Source: Lingula anatina (taxonomy: Eukaryota; Animalia; Brachiopoda). From it: 64,000 nucleotides of DNA. How positions within the stretch are numbered: position 1 is the stretch's first letter; each line of letters starts with the position of its first letter. Positions 1 to 12,800 of this stretch are shown here, piece by piece. The notes under the pieces are model-generated. The model saw nothing but the letters and a program-made list of their open reading frames with translations. It was not told the DNA's origin and ran no database searches. The stretch covers positions 43,130,788-43,194,787 of the forward strand of contig CM120640.1 of assembly GCA_051362555.1 (NCBI GenBank), in the 5' to 3' direction. Position numbers and translations under genes: made by a program.

Positions 1-210
1 TTTGCAAATTTTCTATCCCTTATATCTCAAAAACCGGCAGAGATACACCCAAAGTTGATGTGGAATTTGAATAGGAAGTCATACAATGGTTATCTGTGAC
101 CTTGAAATTGACCTTTGACCTACTTTTTCACCATGAACTGAGCTTTGCATATTTTCTTGCCCCTCATATCTTCAAAACTAGCAGAGATATGCCCAGTGTT
201 GCCCCTAGGT
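1..210. repeat. Fragment of a degenerate ~145-bp-period repeat (truncated by window edge)
   Basis: atatctcaaaaaccggcagagatacaccca (~22-51) recurs as atatcttcaaaactagcagagatatgccca (~166-195); gaccttgaaattgacctttgacct lies between them. Confidence 0.45.
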
Positions 211-809
211 TTTCTCTTTCGTCAGCATATATGCAACACTGACAACATATTTCAAGGAAAACCAATAGGCCTATTGTCTAGAGAATCACAGGAGTGATCA
301 GTTTTAGGAAAATACAGGTCAATTCGAAAATCTGCTTGATTGTACCATTTTAAGTTATGTTATTTTGCTTTTTTTTTTTTTTTTTTGCATATTTTGAGAA
401 CTCTTGTTGATTGCATTTTGTAGAGCTTGTCAAGCACAAGACTGGTGGTGGTGTCCCTTTTTTTTTTTTTTTTTGGGGGGGGGGGGGTTCCATACGAATG
501 CGCTTACTCCAGCTGTTGGTACAATATCTGGAGGCGGTATCGCTTCTCTGATCCTCTAGTTTATCAAACAATTTTACTCAAAGTTTGTTTTATAAGAAGA
601 TAAATAACACACCATATTCTTTTCCTCAGGCACTGCACAATTCGTTGAATTATTGAGAAATGAAAAAGCAGTGTTTCATTAAGCTATAAATTATCGCCTT
701 TGTCTTAATGTAAATGTGAGATTTTACAATAAACGCTGTCCTTGGATTCGGACCTTTGGTTTGTACACGCGTTGGGCGATTTTGGGAACCGGCAATAAGA
801 AAACATTGC

Positions 810-1185
810 ATAGCGGATATAGATGCGGGGGAGTAAAGATGCGGGGCAGTATCGATGCGGGGAAGCAATGATGTGGGCGAGTATCGGTATGGGGAAGTAA
901 CGGTGCGCCTACATCGGCAATTTTACTGGGGATGTACCGATGTGGGGTCGTATCGATGCGCATAATACAAAAATTTACTAAGGGGGAGTATTGGTGCTAC
1001 CGTAGGTAGATTCTGCTATTGCCAGCTCGATCTTGATTTCATATATAACCCATATCAGCAATACCAGTAAATAGTCTAAAAAGCGACTCCATCACAAGGT
1101 ATATTTAACAAGCTACATGTAGCTTTTACGTTGCTCTGACACTCAGGGTAATATATTGGTGCGGGGGAGTATCGACATGACCCCA
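810..1185. repeat. Degenerate ~20-bp tandem repeat (gatgcgggggagtatc-like), probably subterminal repeats of a non-autonomous DNA element
   Basis: Units gatgcgggggagtaaa, gatgcggggcagtatc, gatgcggggaagcaat, gatgtgggcgagtatc and others at 820-965, plus a further copy gtgcgggggagtatcg at ~1160-1175. Confidence 0.65.
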
Positions 1186-2121
1186 CGCATTTTATGTAAA
1201 CAAAGTACAACTGTTACTTTGCAACAAAATATAACACTTCACATAGTAGTGAACGTCAACAAGTGCATCTGAATTAAGCGAAGGGAGGTTACTCCAAAAT
1301 CATTTCTATACATTTCGGCGCTTACGTAAAACTTAGTGAATGCAAAAAAGACTCACATACAATAATACAAAATTTTCGTCGGAATTGAAATGTTCATTTT
1401 ACATTGTTTGTTTACATCATGTTTTAAATGAGCAAAAAGGTTCATTAGCTTGGTTGTTGGATAAATCCGTAAGCTAACGGTACGGAAAATTTTAGGCTTG
1501 TGTCTGAGAATTTTCATATTTATCATGTTTTAAAGTTTATTCTTCGAAAGTTTCAAGCAGGATAATGGGTTATTTACAGAGTTTCATGGATTTTAATAAC
1601 AGCTACGGATTTTGCAAAATATGGCGCGAAACACACGTCGCGTACTATTTTGTGCAAGTGCGGAGGTTTTTTTTTTTTTTTTTTTGTACTAATCACCGCT
1701 TACGCATTGATATGCCAGATCATTAATATGCCTGACACGAACACCCCAAGTTTCCAGCTTCCTCTTGCCCTAGTTCCGTGAATCGGATTGGGGTCGAATT
1801 TTACCACTCATAAACGATGGCTCTTGTCTCTAAAACGAAGCAAACGCTGATATATCTGACTTAAATTTACCTACAACTGTCTTACTAAATGATATGAAGG
1901 CCGATATCAAGCGTAAAAAAAAATGGCGGTCATTGACCTCTTCCACTTTGCCTATGCATATCCCGGGCCTACACAACATTCAACAAGGCAGCCTGCCTGC
2001 ATAACTCTCTACTGACTCCCTTTGCCCAAAAATATGAAATGAAGAATAAACTTACAGATCACGTGATAACTGATTTTTTTGCCACAACTAGAGTGAACGG
2101 CTGCAAGCCACAGCATACAGG

Positions 2122-4380
2122 ATGTTAGGGTTTCTAGTAGGCCTACAAGTTCTTTGGGTTGTTCTTGTTGGACTGAACACTGCAAAAGGACAGCAATTTA
2201 AAGGTACTGTAATAGAGCAGGATCCCAGAGGGTTAAGCATGCCCGAAAAGATCACCAATTTTCTTGTGCCTGGCCTACATGCTTACCTATATATGAAAAT
2301 GGGAGTCTGCCGTATTTCCAGTGGTGGGTGTGGTCAGGGGTGGGTCCAAAACAAAGGCCCTCAAATCCAGCTAGCTGGAATTTTTTAGGGGAACCCTTGA
2401 TGTTGTTTTTATGCTATTGCGCGGTGCATACAAATCTTAATTGCTAAAAATTGAACATCGGTATTGTACAAAAGAAGCCGCAAAGTTCCTAAAAAAATCA
2501 CGCCCAAAGAGCCACACCCTTTATGTACAGCTAGCATGCCCTTAAACTTAACCCTTAAACTTAACTTGGAAAATTTTCATTAGAGTCCCAGGAAGCTGGA
2601 ATGACCATCGACAGACAATTTAAGTGGTGGGTTGTGCCCAGCAGAAACGCTCAAAGAGCCACGCCCCTAATGTACAGCTAGATGTACCCGTAATGTAACT
2701 CTTTCAAAATGGCTGGAAAATGTTAGGTAGAGTTCCAGGATAGATTATTGACCGGGCACTACCCACCACTTAAATTGTCTGACGACGGTCATTCTAGCTT
2801 CCTGGGACTCTAAGAAACGTTTTCCAGTTATTTTTTAGGGTTAATTTTTGGGGCATGCTAACTGTAGGCCTACATTAGGCATGCTACCTTTACAATAAGG
2901 GTGTGGCTCTTAAGGCATGTCTGCCGGGCACTACCCAGCAATTAAATTGTCTGCCGATGGTCATTCTAGCTTCCTTGGACTCTAAGGAACATTTTCCAGT
3001 CATTTTTTAGGATTAACTTTTGGGGCATACTATCTGCTCATTAAGAGTGCGGCTCTTTGGTTTTGTCTGCCGGGCACTACCCACCACTTTAATTGTCTGT
3101 CGTTGGTAATTTCAGCTTCCTCTAAGGAACATTTTCCAGTTGGAGCATGCTAGCTGTACTTAAGGGGTGTGGCTCTTTGGATGTGTCTGCCGGGCACTAC
3201 CCATCACTTAAATTGTCTGTCGATGGTCATTCAACTTTCCTGGGACCCTAAGGAACATTTTTCAGTTGTTTTTTTAGGTTTAACTTTTGGGGCATTCTAG
3301 CCGGATTTCCACCACCTATAAATCAGGGTCTGCCAGCCACACCCCATCACTCAGTTTATCCGCCAGTATCTATTTGATATACCTGAGACCATGCTGAAAG
3401 ACCCCCAATAGGTTTCTAAGGGTTCCCCTAAAAAATTCCAGCTAGCTGGATTTGAGGGCCTTTGTTTTGGACCACCCTGACCACACTCACCACTGGAAAT
3501 ACGGCAGGCTCCCATTTTCATGTTTAGGTAAGCATGCAGGTCATTGCCAGGTACAAGAAAATTGGTGATCTTTCGGGCATGCTCAACCCTGGGATCCCGG
3601 ACTATAAATTTACCACCCAAAAATAAGCATGTTAGCTTAAATCGGTCACCCATTAAAGAAGGCATGCGTGTTTTTTTTTTACTATTGCTAAATTTATAAG
3701 ACAGATGTTTTAGAAGACAACATTTTGAAATGAATTGCTGTAGCTATAGTTATATGGGGTATGACTGCCATTTGAGCTTGCTTGCCTTTAGAAATAAGTA
3801 TCGTTTTGAGTGAATAGTTAGATTGTGGAAATACAGTGCAGGGAGAAATTGAGGAAAGGTGACAATTAGGCATTTAAGATGCTTTCCATGAAAAAAAATT
3901 ACGGTATACAACATGGTTTAAACAATGGTCTAAAACGGTTAAGTTTCCACAGAATGTGCAGCTCTCCCGGGTCTGAGAAGAAACCGTGTGGTCGGTGGAA
4001 ATGAAGCGTCACCTAACCACTGGTCCTCTGTCGGTAGCCTCCAAACAATATCCTCTACCTACATCTGTGGCGGAAGCATCATTACTCCAAATTGGGTTGT
4101 TACTGCGGCACACTGTTTGGATTCGTAAGTTTCTAATGATTAGGAGAAAAAAATTAAAATCATGAATTGATGCTAGAAAATCACACACAAAAATGGTTTA
4201 CAAGTCACCTTTTGCATCTGCACACACCCTACTACGTTACGGGTGTAAGCGACAAACTTCTTTTTCTTTTTGTAACAGCACAGATGACAACCACAGACCT
4301 TAAAGATATAAAGCAATTTTTTGGTTAACAAAATAAGGCGTGGAGGTTTGGATTGTATTCTACACCATTTCCAAGAAATT

Positions 4381-4419
<39 letters not shown>

Positions 4420-6056
4420 GATCATATCTGGAGTCCCATTTTTTTCTATTGGTCCCATCATCCATTTATCTGTTGCAGTATCCACGACGATGCTGATGAC
4501 TATCAAGTCGTCTTTGGTGATCATAATCAAGATCCAAGTTCTGGACGGGAAGTAATTGCGCGTGTGTCCAGGATTATCAAGGTACATGTACGGGTGGAAT
4601 TACAGAGAGGTGCGGTCCATGCTGTGATGTCACATTTTTATTGTTTAAAAGTCACATTCCAAACCTTCGGATAATAAGTTATGGTTTATAATCTTGCCAA
4701 TTATCTTTACAACACCAATATATTTTTATTCATTATAATTTATTTATTGCAGGTAGAAACATGGTAAATTTTATATTTATTTCCCCCACAATTAAAAATT
4801 AAAAAACAAAAATACTACGATAAAATTATCAAAATAATAATTAAATGAATAAAGTTTGACAGTTTGAAAGAGGTAGGTAGAGTAATTTTTTAGCATTAGT
4901 TGTGCTGGGACATTGTGTGTGGTTTTGACAGCAGTAGTGTGGCTCTGACCATTTTAATTTTGAGAATTCAGCATTACATGTTTAATTTTGCTTAAATCTT
5001 TTTAACATAAGATTGAAAAAAAAGTGAAAGAAGTTTTTCAGCTTTATTTAGGCTGTCTAAAGTAAATTATAAAATATTTTCAGCATGAGCATTATGGAAG
5101 TGACGGTCCTGGTTTCCGAAACGATATCGCACTGCTGAAGTTGAGCCAGCCGGTGCAGTTTACCCGGTACATACAGCCTGCTTGCCTGCCGACAGTGAAC
5201 AACGTATTTACTTCGTCAGACGAGTGCTTGATACTAGGTTGGGGAGAGACAAAAGGTACGTAGTTACGTGTGTCCGCGCGTTCCTCACATAGAAATCAGA
5301 GAGAGAGAGAGAGAGAGCAGCATTTCATAAAAACGAGGACCTATGAAACGGTTTGATGCGCTAAATATATTAAGAATTGCGAAGCGCAGACATTGAGGTC
5401 AAGAACTGCCCCTTGAGCTAATGAGCAATTGTAATACGCTGACAACATCAAGCTGATTGCGTATGTTGTTTTAGGTACAAGAGAAAGTAACGTCCTGCTG
5501 AGGGAACTGCGCCTTGACATCATACCCAACACCAACTGCTCTGCCATGTGGTCCAAGTACCCGCATCCAGGAGCCAGGGTGTTGCCATTTCACATCTGTG
5601 TCGGGGTTGTAGGCAGTGAAACTTGTAACGTACGTGCAGCAATGATCCTCATTGAGACTATAATCAAATATTATATTTTATGTATTCACGCGGTTTCAAG
5701 TGCTTTTGTAAGTGCGGTTATAAAAAATCGAATCGGTAAGAAATGCTGTGGTGAGTGAAAATATTATAACGAAAATGAAATCATAAATATATATTTACTT
5801 TAAGGTGGTCACTTTTTCCTCAAATAAATTTTCCACTTGTTTATTATTACTTATTTTACAGGGTGACAGCGACGGCCATGTCTTCTGCAAGAAAGGAGAT
5901 CAATGGGTGACGGTGGGCGTGTCCTCGTGGGCAGTTGGCGACTGTGACACCCCCGAGTTTCCAGCAGTATATTCAAGGATCACCTCCTATTTGTCCTGGA
6001 TACGACACATCATACAGCAAGATACTACTACCACCCCAGGGGCTGCATTTGGATGA
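2122..6056 (+). CDS. Secreted S1A (trypsin/chymotrypsin-fold) serine protease, ~292 aa, 6 exons
   Basis: In-phase GT-AG exons 2122-2203, 3953-4124, 4479-4581, 5084-5255, 5475-5629, 5862-6056. Signal peptide MLGFLVGLQVLWVVLVG, activation site R|VVGG, CGGSII..VVTAAHC, NDIALLKL, GWG, TCNGDSDGH, GVSSW, PAVYSRI. Confidence 0.93.
2215..3602. mobile_element. Foldback/MITE-like non-autonomous DNA element with ~180-bp terminal inverted repeats, in protease intron 1
   Basis: ~2219-2397 is the near-identical reverse complement of ~3417-3597; TA on both flanks (2213-2214, 3603-3604); internal repeats in opposite orientations; no transposase ORF. Confidence 0.8.
2500..3300. repeat. Internal 120-170-bp repeat array of the foldback element
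   Basis: ccgggcactaccca(c/g/t)ca..ttaattgtctg starts at ~2752, 2924, 3070 and 3190; about two copies in reverse orientation at ~2500-2745. Confidence 0.8.
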
Positions 6057-6811
6057 AGCGTTTGGAGCCTTAAAAGCTATTTCAGGCAACAGTAATAAAT
6101 ATCATATTATCTGCAGTTTAAGCAGATCAAACTACTGCCATGAAAGTTTCCTACCTCCTTCACGTCACTGTGGGTTGTTCTTCATTTCTCTACATAAACA
6201 AATCAGGAATAAGAATGGTGATGACAACTTTTATTCATTTTCAGAGAATGAAAATCGTTATTCCATTTGTTATGCAATTATGTCAAATGTCAAACCTTTT
6301 TGTAACTGATAACACCCAAAATATCAATTTTCATTTTGTACAAAATGTCAGAAAAAAAAAAACAATTTGTTCTTGAACACTTAATACACATTCTGAAAAT
6401 AAGCCTATTGGATAATACTCTCCATAAGTAGCTTGGCTCAATAAAGGTCTTCTGATAAAACTTTATCATGTTGCCATTCACCTGCATGATTCACATCAAA
6501 TTAACTGACATCTTGGTTTTATAAAATTACAATCTGCAGAAGCCAGCTGCATTTTTTTATGAAAGGTGTATATTATATGTCACTGTGTTTGAAAAATCAT
6601 ATATCCTGCCACTAGTAATTGTGTAACATGTTATCAGTGTATTACACATCATACTGAACACAATTTATTCACCGGCACTATTATACAATATCAATAAAAT
6701 TATGATTGCTCTTTATAATGAAAATTAATCTTTAAAACCAATTTTAGCTATAGTTTTTCTCATGCCTGTTGGCTGACAAGATGAGCTCCAGGGGCAGATC
6801 TGTTTCTAGGG

Positions 6812-9800
6812 TTATTTCAGTCTTGCTTTCAGGTCTATTGCCACAAGTCTGTCTTGTCTCAAAAACTGCAAAGAATTAGGAAAATATGAAGCTTTAGTAG
6901 ATTACTTTAAATGAATTTGAATATTTATACATTTTACCCCAGAAAATAATTAACCTCTCATATTGTCTGTATGATGTATTTAAATGTTTTCATATTACAT
7001 AAGGTACATGTTGTAAAATTTTGAGTGCTACCCAACCTCTTCATTTGTGTCGGTTTTCTATTACAGTAAATGAAAGGGTATTATATTCTGTTTAAAATGT
7101 TTCAGTGTGTCAGGCATGAATGGAACCTATATAAGTCTACATCTTTCCCTTTTCTCTGCAATTTGATGGAACAAGGCATTGAGATGTAAAGAGCTTAAGA
7201 TATGTGCACATCTTGGATATGAGATAAAACCAAAGAACTGAATGAGAGGACATTAAGAAAAGCTGATAGTTTCTTTACCTGTAGGCATTTTGACATCAAA
7301 TGGGCCAAGACGGCATCTTCCACAGAGGATACATCTGGAAGTCTAATTTGTTGAGTTCTCACCTGAAGTTCCAAGACATTAAATATATTTAGAATCATTT
7401 CCCTTGAATATATGGCTCATATGGAGTCTAATAATAATTAATAAAAGTTTTAAAAATAATCCCATCACTTTTAATAAATAAGTAAATAAATTACAGACAG
7501 GCATACAGATAAATGAATACAAATGTCACAAAAAATTGCAATGGCATTTTACTACAGTATGTCATGTAAGACTTTATCCAACTGAAGGTTAAATATCCAC
7601 CTTAGTTCTGATCATTTCAGGATTATCATGTCTAAAGCTGTGCAGGACGCTCCGACTTGTAATCAGGTGGTATATAAGGCAGCCGAGACCCCAACTGTCA
7701 CTCTTGGCATTTGGACATTCTCCCTGAAGTAACTAGAAAGAAAGTGAGAACAACTTACAGACATTACTAAGCAATAGACAAAATGGTACACTAGGGATGT
7801 GTAAGTAAGGCAGGGACTGTGTGAAAGAACGGTCAAATTATGCCATATGTGTTACATGTAAGTGAGCCAATACTCACCTCAGGTGGAGCTATATCTGTTG
7901 GCAGTCTGAGTGCTATGTCTGCCATACTTTCTTCTGTACCTTGTGTTTCTACAGAGACTGCTGCAGAGAAATTACTCAGCTTGGCAATTTCCTTACTGTA
8001 ATTTAGCACAATGTTTGAATCTGAAATGTAATATGCAAAATATTAAGTATTTAATCAAGATTGTCAACAAAACCCAATTACATTCACATGTATTATTATT
8101 TTCCAAATACTACTTAAATTACTGTTAATGAAACAATTAACAGATCACTCCAGACCCATACTGTATGTGATGTGTATATAAAAATTTAAATCTGTATTCA
8201 AAATCTCATTTTGGCTACTTTCATAAAAAAAACGAAATCTTTGACACAGATACAATTTCAATAACGTTAAGTATATCAAATTAACAAAATCAGGGATGAA
8301 TTGCAATGCACAATTTATAAAAACATTAGATGTGGAGCACTTGATTACTGTCACTATAGCTTTAGGGTGACGAGGTATCCAAGTGATACACATATTTATA
8401 ATATAGTACTAGTACCTGTCCACAAAAGGTAAACTATATTTCTTTGATGCAGAAAGTGTGCTGCTTCCAAAATCTGTCTAAGGTACACCTTGATGTATTT
8501 AGCTCTCACTGCAGGTTGGACTGCACCTATCAGGTCTCCTAGTGTTTGCCCTACATGAATGAAATATGGCATTATGCTATAGCTATCATAAACTGCATCC
8601 ATCAGGTTTGTCAAAATACGGAAAATTGATTATACAGATTAAACTTGATATGACTGATATATTTTAAGAACAAACACTTGATGTCAAATATTATGAAATG
8701 AGTTAAGGTGTTATCCAATTATTTGTCATTGATACAAGTGATTTCTGGTTTCATTGTCTTTTTTTTCTGGTCTCACTATTTTAATAACTATGGAGTCTTG
8801 AGTTACAAAACAGACTTGAGATCTTATTTGCACTTACCAGTTTCATAGCAGGAACAAACATGCATAAACTTCCTATCACTATCCAAGGCTACCCAGAGGT
8901 GCTGGACAATATATGCACTAGCTTCTTGCCAGCTAAGGCTCTTTAACAAGTCAAGAGTTTCTGCATTGTGTTTCATCTAAAAAAAATGCAAATGCTATGA
9001 ATTTTGATACAGTGATGGGACTGGTGTAAATGCAATTATTGTCTAGGTCATTATTCATAATTTAAATCAATCACTTGATTAAAAGAAAAAAAATTATCTT
9101 TGCACTTGGTTTATACTTATTTTGATAAACACAATTAACTAGTATTAAATAATAAAATAACCACAACAGAGTCATCAGCTTCTATAAAATCTTCCCTTTG
9201 AGTGAATGGAATGTAACATTATTCAAAGATTAAAAAAAAGATCAAATTCATATACCTGTATCATGCACACTTCAGACTTAGAAATTAATTAAAAAACATA
9301 AATGTATTATACTTTTAAAATTCATATCTATAGTTTCAATTTTCAAACCCATAATATTTACCTTTTTGATAAACCAATAACAAATGTCATTATTCTTCCC
9401 ATCGCAGTTTATTTCTGGAACAGCCAATACAGCGCTCCCAAACTTGCCCATTCTTGTGATAGGATCCCAGTGTCTTGCCTGACTGTCACCCATGCCACGT
9501 TGTAGCTAAAAAGATATGTTAAAAAAACTTAAAGGACAGCACACTCAACTTAACTCCTCACTATTTTATTTTTACAAAGTCTTTATTGGAACTTCTTGCT
9601 AACAGCTCACTACTTCCCTCTTGAAAAGTAATGGTCTCATCATCCTCTTCTCATTTTATATGGAATGAAAATGTGAGGAATACATTCACTTAACAAAAGT
9701 GAAGAGAAAATATATGGTCTTCAAATGTATATTTAAGGGGTATATTTAAAGTGTATATCAAGTCAGATATACCCTTAAATATATATTTCAAGCGTATACC

Positions 9801-12800
9801 TGCATTGCACTAGATGTGTTACTTAAAATTAGACTCAGAATTATGGGTATTCTTAGACAAGTAATAATTTTATTTGAAAATGTTTGGTTTTTTATAGTTA
9901 TCTTAAATCGAAATTCATTTCAAGTGACAAAATACATTGCAATGCTTCCACCACCATTTGTTAAAACAGACTTAAAAAATAATTTCAAATAAAAGGATAG
10001 TGCTGGTAAAGTCAAGTATAATATTCTTATTAACTGGTATCTCCATTAGGGCCCTACCTTTATGATTTTCATGTCATCTGTAAAAGGTTCCAGCATCAGG
10101 TTTTGATATTCTGAGACTAGTTTAACCATTTGCTCATCAGCGTCCTCATCACTAAAACAGTTAACACAGGCTTTAGTAGCACAGTTTGTCATGCCGATTG
10201 AGTAAAATTCCAAACTAGCTGAAGTCTTATTCATCACCTCACATGTGTATTTTAAAAACAATAATTAGATGTCTCACCAATCTCTTTACAATTTGCCCTT
10301 GATTTCTATACAAAAAAATTATTAAAAAAAGTATAACTGCAGAAAGCATATGCCAAATAATTAATCCTTTTGAAATCCCACCCAACAGTTTTGTAATAAC
10401 TGCAAATATTGAAATATGGCTAAGGTAACAGTGGGAGCTAGGTTTGGCTACATGTAAGTGTGACTGTCTTTTCTATCTGCTTTTCATTTTGATTGCATTT
10501 CTTTGCTTGTCATTTCTTCAGCTATTTGTTGTAATGTTTCATGACTTTTTTATTTCTTCTTTTTTTAACTGCTGAATTATCTCTCATATAATTTCTATCC
10601 ATTCCTGTAGATTTGCAATTAAATTCATTAGAAACAAACATTCAAAATCAAGTAATGAAATTAAAAAGGGACAATATCAAGTAGCACACTGGGATTTTTA
10701 CACTCACCTTAAATCGCAAAAAAAGCTACACCACTGAAGAGGACATCTGACCTCGGCACAGCAGCCAGCATGGTCACTTGCCCATTGCAACACATGTGTA
10801 CATGTTACACACTGCCATATTTGTTTTTCACTATGCAGGTGATCTTCAACATGTTTCAGGCGATTTTTACCCTACAGATATGATAACACATTAGCTACGG
10901 CTAATCTTGGCACTACAATGCATAGGAGAAGTATATACATTTCTAAGCCCATGCCATGAATATCCGAAAAATATTATTTTTATCAAAAGAGTATCTCTCT
11001 AAACCTATTTTCTCAAATAAACCCCAACCGTTTTTAGCATCTCAAAATATGTAAATATAAATAAATATAAGTGGCAGTTATGACTGATTCAATACGCTGA
11101 TAAAGGATGACAAAATGATGTGAATTGAAACTTTACCCGTAAACAACTGACATCAGTACAATGCGGGTCGAAACATCTGGCTGCCTTCAAAAGAATGTTT
11201 TCTAGGCTGCTGTTGGTGCAGGGCGGGCTCAGCTCTACCTGTTGATAGAATACAATATTTATGACTTACACTTACAGCATACAGAAATATTTCACATACA
11301 TGATTCAAAATTTAATACAGACAGTTACATTTCAGCACCCTTTCAATTTTCTAACCTTCCCCAACTATCAAATACAATAAAATTACTGAAATATTTCCTT
11401 AGTTTCACCACTTCAACAGGTTTGTCTCATTTGCATTTTGCTTGAAAATTATGTATTTAGGTGTCTCTGTGTAATTTGCAGTAGCATTTGCACATGGACA
11501 GTAGCACATCTCACACAGTTCACTTCATCTGGGCTCACCTGCACATTGGTGGCCATTACACTTACGTTTATATAAAGATTATAGTTACTTTTTGTGTCAA
11601 AAATTAAACTATAAAGGAAAATGAAATACCTCAATCTCCAGTCTCTGTTCATTTCTCATACCATGTGCATCTAAATTGTGAGCTCCAGGTTCTTCTGGAA
11701 TTGTGTGTAAGTTCCCACCAGCATCCACGTCATCCTCAAAACTAAACACCCTGGAATCTCCTCCACTGCCAGGAGTTTTAGATTTGGCTGAACTAGTACT
11801 GGGGGTGCTAAGAGACTTGCTGCTGTGCTTTCTGTAACACTTTGCATCTGAAAATATATCAGATTTGCTCATTTCTACTTGAAATGTTTAATAGTCTTAA
11901 CATAAATGTTGAACATTCATATCTGTCTGATGATCTCAGATTTCATTTCAATTTCATTGATCACAAATATTCTTAGACACCTATAATTTAGTATAATGTC
12001 TTCAGCAATGATATCTGCATTGTCATTTTTCTTCCAATTAATGATACATGATTTCTATTTAACCTTGTTTTCACAATCTTAAAAATGGCAGCTGTAATCT
12101 AATAGATTTTTTATCTTATTTAAATACTAGTAATGAAAATTTAAAGAAAGTTTTGTAAGCCAATACTAAAAATGCAAAATTTGATTACTTGGTGGTGATG
12201 GTTCAGAATCTGATGAAGCTACAATTGAGGGAAGTCGCTCCACAAGGGTTTCTGGTTCCATATTTGTGAACATGTCACTAACCATTGCCTGGATGTTTTC
12301 TGTACGGAGGCGTTTTTCTAAATCATCTTGATGAAACCTGATAAAACTGGAGGGCTGATCATCCTGTGGCTTGTCGTCCTCTTTATCAATACTAATTTCA
12401 GGTGGATCCACTAACAACATCATATCAAAACCATTGCCTTTTTGTGGGGGAACTGGGGTATGTTCTAACAGTTCTTTTTGAGAGTTTCTGTGCTCCTCTT
12501 GAGAAGATATTTGAAAGGAGGACAACTGAAAACTTGAGTCATTAGTATCTAGTTTACTCATATTTGGTGCATTTCCTTCCAAAGGGTGTGTATAGGGTTG
12601 AGAAGATGAACTTGAAGTGCCTTCTTGGGGTATAAACACATCCTCTTCCTCCTCCTGGTCCCCCTCACCTGTACCATAACCACTAGATTCCTTCTGCTTC
12701 CTAAAGGAGTCCCTCCTAGCAACCGCATCACTGGTTGAGCCAGCTGTAGAAACTTTTTGGTTTGACTCTTCATCATTCTTTTGCTGTTTTCCATAAATTT

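Noticed and set aside
350-963. Short minus-strand ORFs (PPPPQKKKKK, PRIDT/PHRY repeats)
   Set aside because: Products of homopolymer tracts and the ~20-bp tandem repeat; no splice or domain support.
2204-3665. ORFs 2122-2388(+) tail and 3351-3665(-) share KITNFLVPG...MKMG and look like paralogues
   Set aside because: Both are translations of the two arms of the same inverted repeat; only 2122-2203 is a real exon.
10278-10305. Apparent 28-nt micro-exon (ag|...|gtgag) in the pseudokinase
   Set aside because: Inclusion shifts the frame; exon 10708 joins 10151 in phase without it.
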